A stretch of 64,000 bases of DNA from Laetmonice hystrix. Its lineage: Eukaryota. The stretch spans positions 14,200,001-14,264,000 of the forward strand of contig OZ249436.1 in the NCBI GenBank assembly GCA_965235115.1, written 5' to 3'. How positions within the stretch are numbered: the first letter of the stretch is position 1; each line of letters starts with the position of its first letter. Positions 41,409-53,621 of this stretch are shown here, one piece after another. The position numbers and the translations under genes are program-made. The notes under the pieces were generated by a model. The model saw only the letters and a list, made by a program, of their open reading frames with translations, was not told the DNA's origin and made no database searches.

Positions 41409-41764
41409 TCACTCATCCTTGTTCCTTTCCTTCTTTAATCTCCTTCGAAAGGGTGAGGTGGGTGGCGTGGGAGGGGGGGGGGAAGATCCGCCACTGACTT
41501 TATAGTCAAATACTGTACTGAGTGGTTGTACAACCGAATAGTTATACGGTCCACGGACCGATATTAGCATTGGCGTGACGCTTTAACGATATTTGTAGAC
41601 GGAGTGTCTCATTGATGATATCCAAGTACCGTGAAGATTGTAACTGGCAAAATTAGGTTTCGAATGTGACTAATCTCGAGACCCAGCGGACAGGGAAACG
41701 GTAACATTCCTTATGATACCAATCTGGGAACGGGGGTTCCTTACATAATATGATGCACTTCATA

Positions 41765-42604
41765 ACCAGGAGCTAATTCGATATGTATCATTCCCTGCGC
41801 TCATCCTGTAGACATTCATCTGTTATGTTTTGTTTGGTTACACCAGGAGCTGTTCGATATGTATCATTCCCTGCGCTCATCCCGTAAACATTCATTTGTT
41901 ATGTTTTGTTTGGTTACACCAGGAGCTGTTCGATATGTATCATTCCCTGCGTTCATCCCGTAAACATTCATCTGTTATGTTTTGTTTGGTTACACCAGGA
42001 GCTGTTCGATATGTATCATTCCCTGCGCTCATCCCGTAAACATTCATTTGTTATGTTTTGTTTGGTTACACCAGGAGCTGTTCGATATGTATCATTCCCT
42101 GCGTTCATCCCGTAAACATTCATCTGTTATGTTTTGTTTGGTTACACCAGGAGCTGTTCGATATGTATCATTCCCTGCGCTCATCCCGTAAACATTCATC
42201 TGTTATGTTTTGTTTGGTTACACCAGGAGCTGTTCGATATGTATCATTCCCTGCGCTCATCCCGTAAACATTCATCTGTTATGTTTTGTTTGGTTACACC
42301 AGGAGCTGTTCGATATGTATCATTCCCTGCGCTCATCCCGTAAACATTCATCTGTTATGTTTTGTTTGGTTACACCAGGAGCTGTTCGATATGTATCATT
42401 CCCTGCGCTCATCCCGTAAACATTCATCTGTTATATTTTACTTGGTTACACCAGGAGCTGTTCGATATGTATCATTCCCTGCGCTCATCCCGTAAACATT
42501 CATCTGTTATGTTTTGTTTGGTTACACCAGGAGCTGTTCGATATGTATCATTCCCTGCGTTCATCCCGTAAACATTCATCTGTTATGTTTTACTTGGTTA
42601 CACC
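41765..42604. repeat. 76-bp minisatellite, about 11 near-identical copies
   Basis: Unit ACCAGGAGCTGTTCGATATGTATCATTCCCTGCGCTCATCCCGTAAACATTCATCTGTTATGTTTTGTTTGGTTAC. The ORF track repeats every 76 nt. There are no unique spacers. Confidence 0.97.
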
Positions 42605-45323
42605 GGCAGCAGAGGATTGATTCGCAAGAATACGACGGCTCGAAATTTGAAATTTAAAGGATGGAACTCATTTTACTACCGATAAACAAGCAATATGGAT
42701 GTGGCCACACTTTATGTGCAGAATTGCGAGAGAGTGTTAATTAAGGTGGATCATGGGCTTTAGAATGCGGTCGTCCTCTTCAGTTTTCCGTTCAGTCGCT
42801 GTATCAGATATTGTTACGAGGGGTGTACATGAAAGTGACGGTGTACCTGACCGAAGTGCTTGATTTCAATTGGCTGACTTAACGCTCCCCTGTCTCTTTG
42901 ATCTTCATCAGCCTTCACCACGCCGAGTTGATCGTATAATTGTTATCGGAAATATCGGCGGTAAAACACTGCAAGTGTTGATTGAATTCTTATCCTTGCT
43001 GCAGTGAGGCCACACAAAATATTACGGTGTTTTCCCTTCGTGTTGCATCTGTGACATCCAGTGTCCTCCACAAATACTGACGGGTCGACACATTTGTCTC
43101 TGTTGTCGGGGTTGTTGTAGTTTTTCGATAGGTTATTTTATTGTAACCATTCGCCAACTGTTTATTTTTAAATGAGAAACCTAATTGTTTTCCTTCATTT
43201 TGTAATCCCCTGAGTTTAGTTTGAGATGCAATATATCATATAACAGGTGTGCCCAATATCGTTACACACATTGGTCCCTACAGTCCTGCCAGTTCTAACG
43301 TCAGGTCTGGCTGAACCACCAGCCAACCTGTTAATATATGTCAGGCCAATTCAAAGAGGTCCTTTGATGTGAATATCTCACAAAATGATCAGTTTTGTAC
43401 ACGACAGTTTTATCCGGTAAGATCCTTATTCATATCACGTGCAGATGTGTAGCGGATGTCAGATGTCCAGGACAGTGAACGGTTCCCAGAGATGGAAGCG
43501 TCTACAAACTCTAATCGGGCAGAAAGCAGATGTTTTGATTTAGTTTGGAACCTCTTGAAACCACACAGAAAGAAATGACAATTGCTGGCACCACCAGTCG
43601 ACGAGTTGCAACCTCTGACACATCTCACGGTTCCATGCCAAATCAGTGTCAGAATTCAGTGGACTGTACAGAGACAACTGGATCTCACTCTCCCATGTAT
43701 AACAGTGACTCAGAGCTCCCTATCTAAGGTCCCGCCTTTCATAACGAGACGTAAGCGCCACCGGGAAACGCCACTCCCATTGTGTGGTAAACGATTGTTC
43801 TATCCTTGCTGTGACTGTTATAAGATCGTTGTGGTTATCTGGAGTTAGATTCCGTCTGTCGATCTGAGGACTGGTTGGTTCAAGACACAAACACCTGATT
43901 GGATCTTGTGATTGCAATAGATATCTTAGTACAAGGCTTTTATATGTTACTTGTTGACAGTACAACAATATCATGTGATATATTGAATTTACGCCCTGAC
44001 AACACCTTGACAATTTTGTCAAAGGTTGTGTATGGTGGACGCGTAAAGACATCTTCCAACCGCCATGGCTACCATTTACATAAGTTAACATCAATCCCGT
44101 GCAGTTGTGAAAAGGATCTCCTTCACATCATTGAGTTTTATTACTCTTGAAAAAAACGGAATGAGAAATATAAGATAAGTCGACTGTAAATGGGGGTGAC
44201 ATGGATAGCAGCCTTAATGAGGGCGAGTCCAGCAAGTCCAGAAACTCAAACCAGAGTGAATGTAAAACGGTTGAATTTACTGTTCTTTATTAGACCAATA
44301 AGTCCTCCGAGCCCAGCATGCCTTAATACGGGACCACTGTCGTATTAACCAAATGAATGTATCAATGTGTCAGATGTTAACAGAGGTGCAAGTACGTTTC
44401 CGGCTAAAACAAATATATATCTGTGTATATTAGACGTTGGAAGTGAGCTAGCGACCTAATTTTTAGAAAGCATTTCCCCTCATTCATTTACGACTTACCA
44501 CTCCCTTTCCATGTATATGTCAAAATTATCTTAGCCAACGCTCATGGCTGCATTAGAAAAAGACAATCATCTGCTGTGTGACTATCAGTTGTATCAACAA
44601 TAAGCTGCTCTATCGGTTTTTCACGGAAACTCTTTTTTTCCAAAAAGAGAGCCGCTGTTGGTCCTTTTTTTGGTCCTGTTTGGTATTTCCAGTAACGTGC
44701 ACTGAGGACTGACTGACTGTCACATAGCCTATAATGAATAAGCACCCTCCCTTTTTAACTGTGAGACCCTACTGTAAAGGACTTGCATGCATAGGCAATG
44801 GAATTATCATTTTTGGTTCACGTTACTTTACCAGGCAAAACAAAATTAGTATCATGGTGTATTTTATTCCCTCAATGCAATAAAGTCTTAACTGGAGGCC
44901 AATGTAGGTGCAGTACCATTTCAAGATGAGACATCAAAAACAAGTTTCTTATATTGAACTTATTACTGCCTTCTGAGGCAGAATAATAGGCAGTTAACAT
45001 GAATCTTAAAGCGTCTCATGTGATCTTTTGAATAATACCGAATTCATGTGCATAAATATTGCTAAGCCAACAAGAAATTACAAAATGAAAAATTTCATGA
45101 GCCCTCGTTCTTTGCATCTGTACTTGTACGAAAATATCTCAAAAGGAAGTGATTTACGAATTAGGTATTTTGATTTCACTCAAATGTCAAAGTTTGGCAA
45201 ATAATCAGCTCAAAGAATATCATCCTAGCGTTTGCTTTGCCGCTTTCATTAGCCGAGGAGGGGTGGCGGCTGGCTCTCGTCTAGCAGTTTAGTTTAACGA
45301 GGTTTTCTCCATTGGTGTTGCAG

Positions 45324-45528
45324 AGAGTCGGCTGTGATGGGGTGGTGGACTCGGAACTACAGTTTGACAAGTGTGGCATATGTGGAGGGGACAACACGTC
45401 GTGTCACATCATCTCGGGCATCTTCACGCGCCGAAAGCTGCCCTTCGGCTACAACAAGGTGGCTACAATACCGAAAGGAGCATGCAATATCAACATCACC
45501 GAAATCATGCCCAACAGGAACTTTCTAG
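45324..45528 (+). CDS. Internal exon of an ADAMTS-like protein (THSD4/ADAMTSL4-6 type): end of Cys-rich module and start of spacer
   Basis: Translates RVGCDGVVDSELQFDKCGICGGDNTSCHIISGIFTRRKLPFGYNKVATIPKGACNINITEIMPNRNFL, with the hallmark GCD..DKCGxCGGDNxxC and GYxxxxxIPxGAxNIxI motifs. Acceptor ttgcag| (phase 0) and donor |gtgggt (phase 1). The subfamily call is less certain than the family call. Confidence 0.93.
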
Positions 45529-46612
45529 GTGGGTGACTCTCGTAATCACACGTCCGCCCATCCAACCTCCCTTCCTATCACCATTAAATGTGTTCCTGGT
45601 GCCAATCTTCCCTCAATTATTCTCATGGTCAATGTTCTGTCCATTCACTATGTAATGCGCTGACCAGTGCTCTCTGAGGCAATTTATCCAAGCACTACCA
45701 TTGTCCACCGGATATTCAGAGGGTGTGGACTGCATTTTCTGTTGATCTAAAGTAGAATTGGTATAAGTTTGGAGGGAAAGGAATAACAAGTTTGCGTACA
45801 TTTATGTTGGTAGTTACATTGGCTGAGAATTAGAAACGTAACCAGTTATTGCTTTGATACTGTTAAAGGAATAGAATAGTTGATAGAAAAACTTCCTGAT
45901 AATAGAAATGTTAATGTTTTATTTGTAGCCTTTCCAATATCATTAGTTCTACATTTATGTCCGAGAGCCCTCCTCGCTAATATAATCTTGAAGCGAGGAT
46001 CAACTGGAGTGGGTTGGAGATATAGGACACAAGGTATTAGTCCAACCTGATCTCTTATACGAACTGAAACACTCCTGGCCTGATGTATGACAGCCTATTA
46101 TCGTAATTAAGCGTAACGCTAACACTTCTGATTTGCTGTTTAGAGCAGATCAGGCAATCAGAAGTTTACAAAAATCGGACCCTGTAGGATAGCGAACCTT
46201 TTGCTACTCCCACCACACTTATTGTGCTGTACGGTTTTTGTTTTACGAATTTAAGACATAGATGTTTAATTGCCCTTGTACGCGACGATATTCACTGACT
46301 GCAAAATCTAGCTGTCTTTCATAATTGATAACAATAGCTTTAAAATGTAGAACAACAAATATGCCTTTTCTAAGCGAAATAGCGGGAATGACATCCATAC
46401 CTTTCAGTTTTACGATTGGTAGCATCGTAAGCAACAATCTACGTGTAGCAAATCCTGAATTACTTTTAGTGTTTCATGTGTTGCTCTTTAATACCGATGA
46501 AAATAATAATTACACTGAGTAGTGATTAGTTATATTGAATTACAAAAGGGGATTATAAACATTAGTTCAGGCCTGCGGATAAGTAAAAAGCAATGATAGA
46601 CATTTACCACTC

Positions 46613-46715
46613 AATTCACCTGTAAGATTTCTGTCTTGTAACAGTAATTCACCTGTAAGATTTCTGTCTTGTAACAGTAATTCACCTGTAAGATTTCTGT
46701 CTTGTAACAGTAATT
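46613..46715. repeat. 33-bp tandem repeat, 3 perfect copies
   Basis: AATTCACCTGTAAGATTTCTGTCTTGTAACAGT x3. Confidence 0.95.
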
Positions 46716-49700
46716 TGCCAGAGTGGGTTGTAGACGCTGGGGCAATCAGCAGAATAATTGGGTGCTCGAGCCAGAAGTCGGTTTGCCCCGGGTATTAGTA
46801 CTTTGTGTCCATTTGTTTGATATCTGCTGAAAACGTACTTAACGTCATAACGTGGCATTGGTAGAAGGAGGGGGAAAGGTCGGAGTGGGAAACCTCAGCT
46901 TTCTTACCAAGGCGGGATGATGTCGGAGCCATTCAAACCGGGAAGCCTAAGGCTGAGCTAGCCGCTATATATGTTCCTGGGTGAGGGTTTGATCCAAGTC
47001 TAATATGTGCTCCATTAATCATTACGAAGCCTGCACGTAGACAGGATCAGTCGTAATCTCATCATCCCCGGATGGAATGTCCTAATGTATTCTCCATTCT
47101 CCTCGTCATCTCCGTTAACATCAAACTGCCAGCTTTCCTCAGGCTCATCAGTAATACTGCCCCATATTTGTGGTCATGTTCTAGCCGTAGGTTGGAGGGT
47201 CAGGTATACCGTATACGGCTATGTGTCTTCTTCTGTGTGGCCAGGGCGTGCTGTTTAACCAGTTATTGGTTCAGCACTTCATCTTAGCTACAGTGAATAC
47301 TACCCCGAGGTGTCGGTAATGGCTTTAGAAAACAATAGCGTTGAGCGCTGTTTAGATATGGACCGGTTGCAAGAACTACGAGTAAGAAAACGTGCTTCAT
47401 TTTTATAATAGAAGAAAACGGTCATGGAAATCAAATTATTCCCGACAACATGGACGAAAACACACTCTGACATACACTTGGATATTAATTACCGGTAGTC
47501 AGTATCCCTTCCATGGACAGCGTGTGTTAGTACCAGAAATTACCATCCATCTCTGAGCTGATTATGACGAATGGGAAAATGTCGAAATCTCATTGAAACG
47601 AACCAGTGAATTGAGCCACATGGCCAACTTAACAGTCATTTAGATTTAGCAGTTGGTAATATTACTTCTGTTCAACACAATTTACATTTTTCTAGCGCTC
47701 TTATTCTCATGGATGGAACTACTACATTTATTTGTATGCCTACCTTTATCAACATGAGTTCGGAGTCAGCCGTGGTGAAGTAGATTTGTCAAAGCACTTC
47801 TCAGCGTGTGTGGTTGTGAAATTAAAAGCAGAACTGATTGTTATGTAGATTCCGTACAGATATTGTAAGAATACAACATATAACTCATTTGGAAAGGGAG
47901 ACCGACCAATTTTTTTACAATTCCGTTCCTATAGATGGAAACGTTTGCCAGCGTCTACCTGTTTCTCTACAATATAATTTGAATACAGAACACGGCATAC
48001 GGATACTTTATCTGAATCTGAATGTTGGTTGACAATTGTCATATCTCTACAGTTTGTTAAAAAAGATGGACATAATGTGTAATGCTCAGAGGTGTGCACC
48101 TGACTTGTATTTATATGGTGAGCACTTAGATTTGTTACACAGCATGGCATGATGTTTTTCAGGACATTAAAAACGTATGCCTTCAAAATATGCCCTTCTC
48201 TTCTGGTGGTCCAGAATTCTTTTGAGTAAGAAAGAGTTGATGTATTGCGGCCAGAAGAGTAGCAGTGGAAAGGTGGAGTGAACTAAAATTTGGTTTGGGC
48301 TTCATGTTCATCGATGCGCGTCTGCAGGATGGCAGAAATGTTCACGAATGTTTTGGTGAACAGCAGTGAACAAAACAGTGAACACATCCTCCATATCCTG
48401 CGCATACAACTGGTTGAATCCACCATTTGAATATTGCAAAGGTGACATTTGGCAATGAATTTCTGCTGTTCGTGACGCACGCCACGGACGTTTTTTGGCT
48501 GTTGTTTTGGCTGTTGTTGGGGACGTGTCCGTCGGTGAAATGACCCAGTCCTGAATCTAGAGTGCCTTCTCCGCAGAACTCAAAATGTCCGCAGATGTCA
48601 CAGTTCAGGGCTCTGCGGACGTTTGGGTCCATCAAATTACAAGTTGGTTCAGTCCTGTGTCAGTTCCACCTCAGCTCAGTACGATCTACAGCAAAGATTT
48701 CAGACTTAGTAGGCAGAATATTGGGTGCACCATTCAATTAGGTCATTGGTAACTCCCTAACGGACAACACTCGAACCTTCCAACAAGAGCTGTTTGTCTG
48801 CAGTTAAATTGAGTGAATGGATGAGAAGAAGAAATACATTTTAATGGATACAAATCTAGTCAATGCATTTTGATGAATCAAGGAGAACGCATACACGCTA
48901 ATTATTTCAATCCTGCAAAGAGACGAAGTCATGCATTGTTAAATTCTACATTTAGAGTTTGATTATTTATATAGCTGTCTCGACGACTTTGAAACAAGCC
49001 CAGGAGCAGATCATCCATCACATTTTATAGCTTATTTGTACATTCTTCCGACTGGCTGCTATTTATTAATAATAGTTTTATCATAGCATCATGGATATTG
49101 TGCCATGGGATTGGATTTATGCGATTTCTTAAAGAATATATATTTTTGCACTGGCATAGCGTTTGGTTTCCATAGTTCTCGGAGCGACAAGAAAGACACA
49201 TGAACAGTGATACTAGAATAAACGTCTTCTACATTATTTTGTTGGTAGCATCTTCTGAAGTCCTTTCATTTTCATTAACCAAACAACACTTCAAGATGTG
49301 GGTCTCGGAACATTTCTCGTGCAGTTATCCATGCAAAGACGCCCCAAATTTGGATCTTTCTGGAAGATTATACAATATCTTTTATAAGTATAATATTATA
49401 AGTTTATTTTTATAAACAAATGTAGAAAATCTGGTCAACTGCAAGTATTCGTTCGTCAAACTGCTCCTGAGATTTTTAAAATTATGAGCTTTTACCCATC
49501 TCTTAGATAAACATTACGATCTAAGGCTGTTCAGGCTTCAGTACTGAGCCGACCCGATCGTGTGTCCGAAGCGTCACTCAAACTAACGTAATTACATGGT
49601 CCTATACTACAAGGTACCATCACTCACTCATTCAGGGGGCACCCACTACAACCACATTTTCAAAGAAGACGTGGGTTGGTAAAATTTATCAGTCCAGTGA

Positions 49701-51880
49701 CTTTTACAGATGGGCATCCACAGTGACAAAACCTTAAATAGGGAGTCAAAAGAAGTCGCTTTACCCAAACAAAGGAAGTGTAGGGCCAGATGTTATTTTT
49801 TTTATACATGGTACCACAATGATGGGGACTTCCTCCGTAACAAGTGCAACACACTGGCCCCTACCTATAAAACACGTCAACTGGCAGTAGTTGCGGTCAG
49901 CATCAGATATAGGATGTAGGAATCGTGCTGGTTGCCAAGGATCTGTTCCAGCCGGCTCTACTCCACGGACATTGAACAGCCATAACATCACTTTTACTTC
50001 AGTGGTACCATCGAGTCTACCTAAGGCTTGATAAAGGGAAGTAGCAATATTTTCCACCCGTTGGGCATTTTGGTGTCACTGCATGTGAGTTGACATTTGG
50101 TGGGAGGTCATTGATTGAGGGTGAAGGGGACCCGGAGATTGGAGGCAAGGGGAACCGCTGCCCAGGGGCTGTGTCATTTGATGGTTGATCTTCATGGGGC
50201 ACAAGCACTGCAATACTGATGCTTATCTGACGGGTAGGACACCGGCTGCAAGGGTTCGGTCCAGCCTGACTGCCTCCTCGACCCTGACAAACGGCTACAG
50301 GGGCCTGGTCCTCCAGACAGATCATGGACGTTGGGCCGTCTTTAGGAGACGCGGCACACGCCATTCCACCTCAACAAAGTGATTAAGCATCGCACATAAA
50401 CAAAAGCGTTATCTAAAGCAGGAGGTATAACTAGATAGAACTCCTTCAAGGGTCGTTTTGGAATAAGTACATTGATTTAACAAACAGACTAAAACGTTTT
50501 TTAAGACATAAATCTTTGCCTTTTTTTGTTTGAGAGAAACATAGTTTGGAGACGTCCACCACTCAAGGTGCAAATGGCTCCCCGCGTTCCAAACAGGAAC
50601 CACTCTGTGGTGAAAGAACAGATGAAAGGATGTAGACGGAAATTACTTTTATCAGAGACTTCTTAAATGAAGTAGCTGGGACTGTTTCTTCTGGAAATAA
50701 CCTACAAAAAAATAAGAAAACCTAATGCCATGGCTAATTTGCTGTCATTGTTGGATTTGTGCGACATTTTGAGTAAAGAGCCGACGGTATCATACTTTGT
50801 GAAGAAAGAGCAGTATAAATATATATCAGTATGTACTGTGCCGCCGCAGTATGAGATCTGATCGTGACCAGCTGATGGTGCTCAGACCCTCTTACAGGCC
50901 CACTGATGTTTCTGGTTATACGGCCGCAAACCGAGTCACCCCGATACTTTGTAATGAAGAAGACCAAAATTTCTGCGACATGTAAAAATGTTGGACAAAG
51001 TCTGCAGTTGGTGGTTCGCCCTCCCCCTTAATTGACTTTCAGCTAAAGATGGCGAGGGTTTAACATAGTGAGCATCGGTCGTCATTGTTCAGTTGCAGCC
51101 TTTACGTGCCCTCTGCTCCTTGGAAGTGTTAGCCATAATGCCAGGTTTTCTTTGTGTTTTCAGCTTTGAACCTGAAGATCGCAGCCGCCTAGTCTGTTTA
51201 CATCAGTAGTATAAACCTGACAATGTCTGTAAAGGCCCTTGGTGACTATATGCAGTGGATATTGGTTTCTTTCTGCCTTGATGTCATTGAAAATATCCAG
51301 TCCCTAGACATGCGAGATTCATCAAGCATATGGTAAATGACGTCTCCTCATTACAATCTTCATGTTACCAGCTAAGAGGAATATTGATAATGTTAAGAGG
51401 ATTATTGTCAGTCATATTTCTCGTTTTTTATAACTCTTTGTGATTTATCAAAAGGAAAGACCTGTGATGATATAAGGCCGCCAATCATAAACACATAGAT
51501 ATGCTTTTCCTGTTCTTGTAATTCCCCCTATGGTATGAACAGTATTGATGTTGGTGTACTTTAAGTGGATCGATGCTTCACTAAAGTATTTCAGATACAG
51601 CTTTTGTTATTGTTATTTTGTGCTTTTCATAATACCAATAACTAAATGAGATTTTTGGGTCACTTAGTGTGTTTATTGGAGAAACACTGACATTGACTTT
51701 CAATCTTTCTTGCCTGGATATGACATATATATCGGTTACGCTAGATGATTTAATTTTCCGTGATGCTTCTTAACACACAAAGTTCTGGAAAATATATGTG
51801 TTTCTTCTAGCTGATTAGTTCAATTGATCGGCAGATTAAACGTTGACCACTGACCACTTTACAATCAAGTAATGTATTAA

Positions 51881-52190
51881 GGCATGTCCACTAAGCCGAT
51901 TTCAAAATCGGCCGTAAATCGGTATGTCGAGGGGCATATCACGATAAGGGGGCATCCTCTATCGTGTTAAGTTTCAGGAACTACATTGCTACGATCATAA
52001 TCGGCTGAGTGGACACACTCACACGACATCCAACCGACATCGTCGTGCAGGAAAAAAGTGTGAAACTATCGTGGTAGTGGACATGATGAAATCGTATGGG
52101 ACCATCGGCCTGCTGGACTGGCCGATGCCCATACGATTAACATCATGCAGGTTTAGTCGCCGACAAAACAGATCGGCTTAGTGGACACCC
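51881..52190. mobile_element. Harbinger-like MITE, about 310 bp
   Basis: Perfect 16-bp inverted core TGTCCACTAAGCCGAT and ATCGGCTTAGTGGACA, with internal GTGGACA repeats. TAA on the left; right flank degraded. Confidence 0.7.
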
Positions 52191-53091
52191 GGATCCTATC
52201 ACTTGAATTCCTTCCAACGTCCAGTGTTGGAGTGTTGTTGGTATGTCAGTATGAACCATACCGATGAAGGAGACAGTTATACTCACCTCAGTGCATCCTC
52301 ACTTGCAGCGTTAGCTCAATTAACCTTCTGACCACACCGTCACATAGGTTAGCCGCCGAGACCGTGTTTGTATTGACATTAATGTAGCCAGTATGTCTCC
52401 AAACGTCAAATGGATCTCACGGTAGGATGGGCCAATCTTGGCCACAAGGGGCCACGAGTGTGCTGGGTCAGAAAATGTCATGTTCAAGTAGCGCTGAACG
52501 TGACCGCGGAGACCGACAGCTGTCAAAGTTCTAGTCGTGGAAGAAGACTTTCTGACACTTGTAGGCTTATCGAGCGCAAACCGTATGACAGAACCCATGT
52601 TATGTTAACATGTTTTTTTTTATTATAGGTGTTCATACGACAGTGTATTCATGCACATGTACATGTACGCGCTGTAGGCAGTGCTGTCATTTAGCGGGAG
52701 AAGATTATTTTGGATTGCAGTGTGTTTATAGAATGAGAATATTGGCAATCACGTCGCCTATTGCGCCGGGGCTAGAATTGATTTTTTTTCTCAGTTTTTT
52801 CTGTTGCAGTGTTTGCATATAATAATTATTTTAAACATTTGCTGACGTTTGTCTTCAGTCAACATTCTGTTTACTAGCCCAATGTTCGACATTGAACATA
52901 AATGGACATTGGTGCGGACGTTTAGAAAACCTGGACGTAGATCCCTTAGGATAGGCGCAGCCATTTAGCTACATTTAACAGAAAAATCTAACAGGCAAAG
53001 TGTCGTATTAAATCGAAATCTTGATTGCAACGGTATACATGACAGTCGGAATCCAAGCGGATTTTGAAAACAATAGATTAGGTTGGCTTAA

Positions 53092-53621
53092 AGGTAATAT
53101 GTCACGAATTTCAAATAATACGTCGTGTTTCAGCAAAAATATGTCTGCAATGCGGTTCTCCGATATGCACCAAAGGTCCCCTACCTGTTTATGTAGCTTT
53201 GACCGGTATTTTGTAAAAAAAAATCGCCAATTCTTAATGCGGTCACTGAAAATGACACACTTAAATTCTGAGACTCCGGGATTTGCAGCCGGCTGTGTTT
53301 TGCACCTTTTTCACACGATCGGCGGATGGGCCATTATAGTCACAGTCCCGTGTTTATATCTCGAGTAATCACAGCGAGAGTCACGTGACCATGGACCCGT
53401 TCAAACGATTCGCGGCAGCCAAAGGGGGCCAAAATGGCGGATTCGTCGCAGCTATAGTTTTATTCATTTTTCTACATTAGGGAGAATTTCACAGCTGTCT
53501 ACCCGTAGTATGTGTTAACAGAATCAATATGAAAAACAATTAGTGCCATAAAGTACGTCAGTGGTGAGCAGGTAAGCAGAAAACTGAAGATTTCGGTCGA
53601 TACCCCCGTGACATATTTCCT
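53092..53621. mobile_element. 530-bp non-autonomous Kolobok-like element
   Basis: TTAA|AGGTAATATGTCACG ... CGTGACATATTTCCT|TTAA (TIR 14/15). TTAA TSD with AGG..CCT termini fits Kolobok rather than piggyBac. Confidence 0.85.

Noticed and set aside
41104..41505. RE/SL-repeat ORFs
   Set aside because: They are translations of the (CT)n microsatellite.
41765..42604. CRISPR-like array or repeated 69-aa ORFs
   Set aside because: Units are contiguous with no unique spacers, there are no cas genes, and the context is eukaryotic. The ORFs are a by-product of the 76-bp period.
47696..47757. Acceptor followed by A-L and a DG(N)YYI-like string, as a candidate next spacer exon
   Set aside because: It needs frameshifts, lacks NGxW and hits a stop quickly.
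48283..48635. TRIDEH resembling a Penelope GIY-YIG motif
   Set aside because: No upstream GIY/YIG motif in frame.
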